Assembly: GCA_012295275.1 (NCBI GenBank) | Contig: CM022671.1 | Coordinates: forward strand, 4,278,001-4,342,000 | DNA length: 64,000 nt | Source of the DNA: Chrysomallon squamiferum | Taxonomy: Eukaryota > Animalia > Mollusca | Reading direction: 5' to 3' | Shown: piece after piece, positions 57,996 through 64,000 of the stretch | Layout: each line of letters begins with the position of its first letter | How positions within the stretch are numbered: the stretch's first letter is position 1 | Notes under the pieces: model-generated | Told to the model about the DNA's origin: nothing | What the model saw: only the letters and a program-made list of their open reading frames with translations | Databases searched by the model: none | Program-made: the position numbers and the translations under genes

Positions 57996-60900
57996 TTTAT
58001 GATTTCTTATTTATGTATAATTATTGGCTTTTTCAGTTTAAATATTATTATTATTATTTTTTTATTTTTTTATTTTTTTTTTTTTTTTTATTAATTACAT
58101 GGTTGTGTTGCATTAAAACTATTCATGTGGCCTTACTGGGTGGATTAAAAAAAAAAAAAAAAAACTTGCTCATTTTATATCTTTCTGGACTAAGCTCTAA
58201 TTTTTTGTTTACCATTTATTTATTTATTTATTGTATTAATTTTCTGCTTATTTACTATTTATTACAAAAAACGCAATACAGTTGGTCTGCTTTATTTGTC
58301 GATTTTGCATCTGCAATTAAACAAATATATTAAATAGTATCTCAAGGTTGGGTTTCAAGTTAAAATCACACAGAGGATAAAATGATATCACTGTATAGTA
58401 TATCCTGTATACATAGCTTCAGCACAGTTGTGGTAATTCCTGAAACCATGTGCTCACTGATAAGGTGGTCCAACTGTATACCATCTAAAACAAAACCTTC
58501 TAGAAAACTATTACCATGTTTGTCATCTCTCAGTCTCTGTATCATTAGTTACTACCTGTTTGTTTGTGGGTAGTACTGGTCACACCCTCCAAAAAAAAAA
58601 AAAAAATTAAAATATTTGTAATATGCTTTAATATGTGAAGATATTCATATATAATTTAAGGTGTGTTAGGAATGTTTAAATTAAAGAAAATTAAAACAAA
58701 CCAAAAAAAAAAAACAATATAAAAATTATTTTATTATTATTCTTTGGATAATTTAAAGATATTTATAAATCATGATAAAATAGTATACAATTTTAAATAT
58801 TACTTGGTGGTTTAATTCGAAATACATCAAGATTCATAAAATTCATTACGAGTTGCCATTGTTTTCGTATTTGCTAACTTGTTTACCAAAACTTTGTAAG
58901 TCATGTTATAGGTCACTAAACATTTTTAATCAGTTTACATTAAATTAAATAAATTTTAAATCTCTGTATAACGTTTTGTGGTCAGTTTTGATTATTTCTG
59001 AATCCAGTATTGTGCAATATTTTTCCCTTTACCTTTTCTCTTGTTTGTTTTTTAAATTTTACATTTCATGATTACTATTTTTCTTAATTTGTTGTCACCA
59101 CAGCAACCAAATGTTAGATTTAGTCATATTTTGCTGTTTATTATATTGTTATTTTTTTTTTTTGTTTTTTTCATTACAAAAAGGTTTTTTGGCAAAATAA
59201 AATATGAAAAATAAAAGAGTATTGTAAAATCATGTAAGAAGACAATCCTCCCCCCCCAACAAGCAAAGACCCCCAAAAACCTTAACCTGAAAAGATAAAA
59301 CTATAAAGTCAAAATTTATTCCACATTTAATGGCAGCATTTTTAGAATTCCAAAATAATTTAGTCACCTTTTACAAACCTTTTTATGCTAATTATTTATA
59401 ATTGTTAGATATACTTTATCTTTTAGTTATTAGATGTCATGCAGTTTATATAATAAAAACCTAGTATTTAGTGTACTTTGTTTCACAAATGTATAATTAT
59501 TTTTTAATTTTTAACTACAACATCTTCAGTTAATCTTTCATGAGAACAAGAACAAAATATTTAAATATTTGGAGTGGATTTTCCAAATCTAAGGATGGAT
59601 GCACATGATTCATTCAATTTAATTTTTTTAAATTTCTTTTTGCATTTTGGAATGAATAAAGTATGTTCCCCACCCTTCGTACAAACAGTATTAATTTCAG
59701 AATGAAGACCAAATTAAACAGAATTACGAAAAATGTGAAAATTGTTTTGATTAATATTAACGCACACATGATAAATGCACATCAACACTAAAATTCAGAA
59801 AATTAATTCAGTGTTTCTAAACATTGCCTATGGTGTAATTTTAAATGAAGTGAAGGAATTCATTTTGAAATTGTTACTCAGACATGAAGAAAATATTATT
59901 CAATAGTGAAATCATTTCGTGCTACCAGATAAAAAAAAAATTAATTTTTTCTAATGTCACCATGTTCCAGCTTAAAAACATTTCAAACACAGGCTGCAGT
60001 TTAATCATTGTTTTGTTTAGATAATTTTCAAATTTTTAAAAATATCATTAATATAACTATAAATAACAGTAAATGATTAAAATGTTTATAAAAGATGGAT
60101 GGAAAGGCAGGTGTCTTGAATGCCATTACATTTATCAGCTGATGTGTAATATCTTAACTATTGTATCACTATTATGTAATTATTACCAGTGTACTCATTT
60201 TTTATACATGTATATCTTATAGTGGATTTTACTATTCTTTCTTGTTGTTGTTCATTTTAATATTAATTTTCCTCTTATTTTATCATTGAAAATAAACATC
60301 TTTGTGTATTCCTGGTTTTATATATTTATTTATTTTAAACAGATTTTTGAACAATTTTAATACTTCAAAACAAAATAAAAATTGGACTTCAAAAAACTTG
60401 ATTAGAAATTGTATTCTTAAAATGATCAATACTTACAAAAAATAAACAAGAAATTATGTTTTCATAATTCTTTAATTTTATGTCGTTGTAAACACTACAT
60501 ATACAAACATACTTACACACATACAAAATCTCCCAACATGTCACAAATCAGGGAAAGACTATGAAAAATAACAGAAAAATTACAAATATTACAATCTGGG
60601 CATAATCGTCACAGTATTTTGTATTTTACTGTGTGTCCATTTTCATAACAAACCAAATTCATTTATTTTCCTGGCCTTTATAAAGTGTAATGTTCTACAA
60701 CTTTGAAATTAAACTATTAGCTTTTTATCTGTTCATGTTAGGCAGTCAATATCTTCATGTGAAAGTTCAATATTATTCAAATTCCTATCTTCATGTGAAA
60801 ATGCAACGATAATGTTATAAGCAAGGATAAAGATAACTGGATCTAAATCTTGCTCATCATGATCAGTTTGTTGCTGTGTATTTGTTGCTCACAATATTAT

Positions 60901-61010
60901 TACTGTCTACAGAACATTTGTTTTTCTTTTTTTGGGCCAAAATCTCTTTTTTCTTTCTTTTTTTTAAACTTCAGGGACTTCTTACAGATGTCAGTGTTTT
61001 GATGGTAGAC

Positions 61011-62434
61011 TTATTTCCAGCAAACCACAACACTGGGGTCATTTTCTATCTTCTCTTCCAAATCCTGGTTGGTTATTCCTAAAAATTAAAAAAAATTAAA
61101 AAAATAATAAGAAGAAGAAGAAGAAAATAACAATAATAAAAAAAAAAATAAAATAAAATAAATAAAAAAGACATACATAAAATAAAAAATAAATAAACAA
61201 TACTAAATAAGAAATATATTAAATGTAAAAAATAATAATAATATTTAATTTTTATTATTAAAAAAATATATTTCTTTAAAGCAACACAGAAAATAAAAAG
61301 AAAAAGGAAAAAATATTTATTTAAGATTAGTAGTGTTGGAAATTTACCTTGTTCTTAGAATGACTGAAATGTATATTGAAAAGAATAATTTGTTTTATCA
61401 TCAAACTTTTATCTTTTTAAACTAAATTGTTATTTATTTTTATTTTTTGTTATTCAATGTGATTTTTACATAAAACGCCTTTTGGGACCAATATTATTAC
61501 GTCATTATTATGTTGCAAGCATCATCATTATTAAACAGATTTCTAATTTAATTTGGTGAAAATAAAGATTATAACTACCTATTTTGCAGCATATTTCATC
61601 AAAGCTGTGACACCCATTAAACAGGCGATATGAAGGATGTAAAAACATGGTTCCTGCTTCACTGGGTAGTTTGATTGGGTAGCTATGAAGTCTACGAATG
61701 ATTCCTTTCATCAGACCAAACTGAATTAGTTTTCTAAAAACAATAAAACAATTTTTCACTGTTTTCACCACAATCTATTTTTTAAAAAGATTTTTGTTTC
61801 TTATGTCAAGGATAATTTTTATATTTTTTTTAAAATCAAAATGATGCATCATTATTAAAACTGAAAGTTTTCAAATCAGTTCAAAAGTATTCATTTGTTA
61901 GTGACCAAACACAGGAAAAGATACTAAACTGATGCAGAACTGTTAAACACTGGGCTTCTTTTAGTTTTCAAAGAATTTTTTGTTATATTTACATATCAAA
62001 GACTCCCAAATTGTGCAATATTTTAAAATATAAATTGAAAATAAATGTTTTTCAAGTGAGACTATAACTTACCGTTCATCTATTTTCAAGGCATGTGGGT
62101 TGTATCTGGAACAAAGATCTTTAACAGTGGTTCCTGGCGCTAGTCCACAGTACAATGTAAATACATCTCTGTATAGTGGAAGTCTGTGTGCTAAAATAAC
62201 ATATATTAATATATCAAATAACTGTTAAAAAATAATAATATGGAGGTGCGTAATGTACATAATGTAAGCATGTATCCCATTGTATGTATACATCTAGATA
62301 GAAGGTCAGTAGATCTGTAGGTAGCTAACTAGGTATCTATGTATTTTACTCAAACATATGGCACCCATTTGCATATATATGTATGCATGCATGTATGCAG
62401 GCATATTTTTGTGTGTATGTAATAATAATAATAA

Positions 62435-62465
<31 letters not shown>

Positions 62466-63480
62466 AAGAAGAAGAAGAAGAAGAAGAATGTTAATATGAT
62501 GATGATGATGGTAACGATATCATCTGTTTTGTATTTGCTGTGGCTTTAGAAAAAAAAAAAAAAAAAAAAAAAAAAAAACAACAACAAAACCTAAATACAA
62601 TCAGCCAGATTGGAATACCTTTTTTATAAAATTGATAACGTTAAACAACCATTGTTAAATTGCTGTATTTGTTAGAAAATACTGCTTCTATTTGAAAACA
62701 GTCAAGATGCAAATATAATCTTACATTTTCTTGCCACAAAATGAATACACTCAGTCTGTAAAGCTCTGTCTTCTGCCAATCGGTTAATATTTGGAGTGAC
62801 TGTGTACATGTTTGAATACTGAAACACAAAATAATTTTTGAATCCTAAAATTCAAAAAATATGTATACAGAAAAGTTATTATGTGAAAATAATACTTTAT
62901 GCATAGATTCTAAAAAAAAATTGATGTATTTGTCAACCATTAGACACAGCAGATTTGAAATTTGCTGGTCATATACTAACCCATTGAACCTGGTCATATA
63001 CTAATGTGTTGAACCTGAACAGTTAAAATTTTAACCCAAACAAAAAAAATGTTTACATCTGAATGATTAATATTTTTATCATCATTTGTTGTTCATGTCT
63101 TGTTTTTATTAATAATGTTATGCTCATTATATTCTGAGCCAATCAGCTTGTAGAAACTGAAACTGGATATTGAGAATTTGTTCTAGGAACTCAGGGTATG
63201 GGGTACTTGTTTATGTTAGAATGCTGGGTTCAAAATGTTAAAATAATTATCATAAGTTGAACTTATATTTCAGGAAATAATGTTAGTATATGGTAAACAT
63301 TTAAAATAATGATAGTTTTAGTATGTTAGAGAATCAGATAAAGGTAACAGAGAGTGTAATGTTCCTCCACGTCTCCTGTTAGATCTGGATACAGTCTGAA
63401 TTTAATCTCTGAATCTAGTAAAATATTTATTATTATTAATTACCTGAAATATTGAGACTATCTGCACCACTTTATAATGT
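61011..63480 (-). CDS. NPRL2: GATOR1 complex subunit NPRL2, 3' five exons (gene continues beyond window)
   Basis: Exons (minus) 63444-63480, 62725-62818, 62073-62190, 61579-61733, 61011-61078 with consistent phases. Peptide [83 protein letters not shown] matches the NPRL2 C-terminus. Confidence 0.95.
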
Positions 63481-64000
63481 CTGTAATCAAACAGTTTGAG
63501 AAAGAAAATTACAAAGTGAAATAATTAAATATATAAGAAGAAAATGAAATTATTATAAATTGGTATCCACATGAAACACTATAAAAAATTTTTAAAAAAT
63601 AATAAGCAGAACAAATTAAAAAAAAATAAAAATTAATATTAATATTAAAATGACAAACAAATTTTAAAAAAATAAAAGACTTCAGAAGTTATTTTTTTAA
63701 TTTTTTCTTATGTTATTTATATAACAGTAAAAAAGAAATTTTACAATTACTGTATTTGAAAAAAAATAAACAAAAATATGCAGTAAAGAATTTAATTAAA
63801 AATTATGTAGAATACAAATATTTTAATCATGATTTTTTTTTGTTGGGGTACATTATTATAAATCTATGTAAATAATCTTTGCATAATTTCAAAGTGTTAA
63901 AAAAAAAAAAAAAAAATAAAAAAAAAAAAAATAAAAATAAAAATAAAAAAAAAATAAATGGATATATCTTCAACAAATCTAACCAACAAAAAAAAAAAAA

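Noticed and set aside
63880-64000. Poly-A runs at the window end as a retrocopy tail
   Set aside because: They are poly-T tracts of an NPRL2 intron on the minus strand, and such runs are common throughout the window.

Overview
This is very AT-rich, microsatellite-rich eukaryotic (animal) genomic DNA. It looks invertebrate, and mollusc-like by inference only. I assembled five intron-containing genes by hand from splice sites and frame continuity, and they alternate strictly in strand. (1) An uncharacterised minus-strand gene with a Ser-rich N-terminal region and at least three tandem cupredoxin-like repeats (361-6910, running off the left edge, with a probable long first intron to ~24.9 kb). 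(2) Trichoplein/TCHP (+, 27501-35083, 14 exons, 498 aa, one GC-AG intron). (3) PPP4C (-, 41184-45850, 8 exons, 307 aa). (4) Flotillin-2 (+, 47397-55383, 9 exons, apparent 1-nt frameshift in the last exon). (5) The 3' part of NPRL2 (-, 61011-63480). Most ORFs in the supplied track are microsatellite or AT-bias artefacts. The most unusual signal is an 85-bp tandem array that amplifies an exon end plus splice donors, together with an inverted 37-bp copy in an upstream intron (a possible docking/selector-type RNA pairing). Other repeats are also built from splice signals: a duplicated FLOT2 acceptor and a branch-point minisatellite. The window also holds a perfect 43-bp-arm palindrome, a hAT/Charlie-type MITE, a ~780-bp intronic duplication, a CTCF-like motif, an RFX X-box-like motif, and a 22-nt motif shared downstream of the TCHP and FLOT2 stops. 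I recognised no rRNA, tRNA or CRISPR array.
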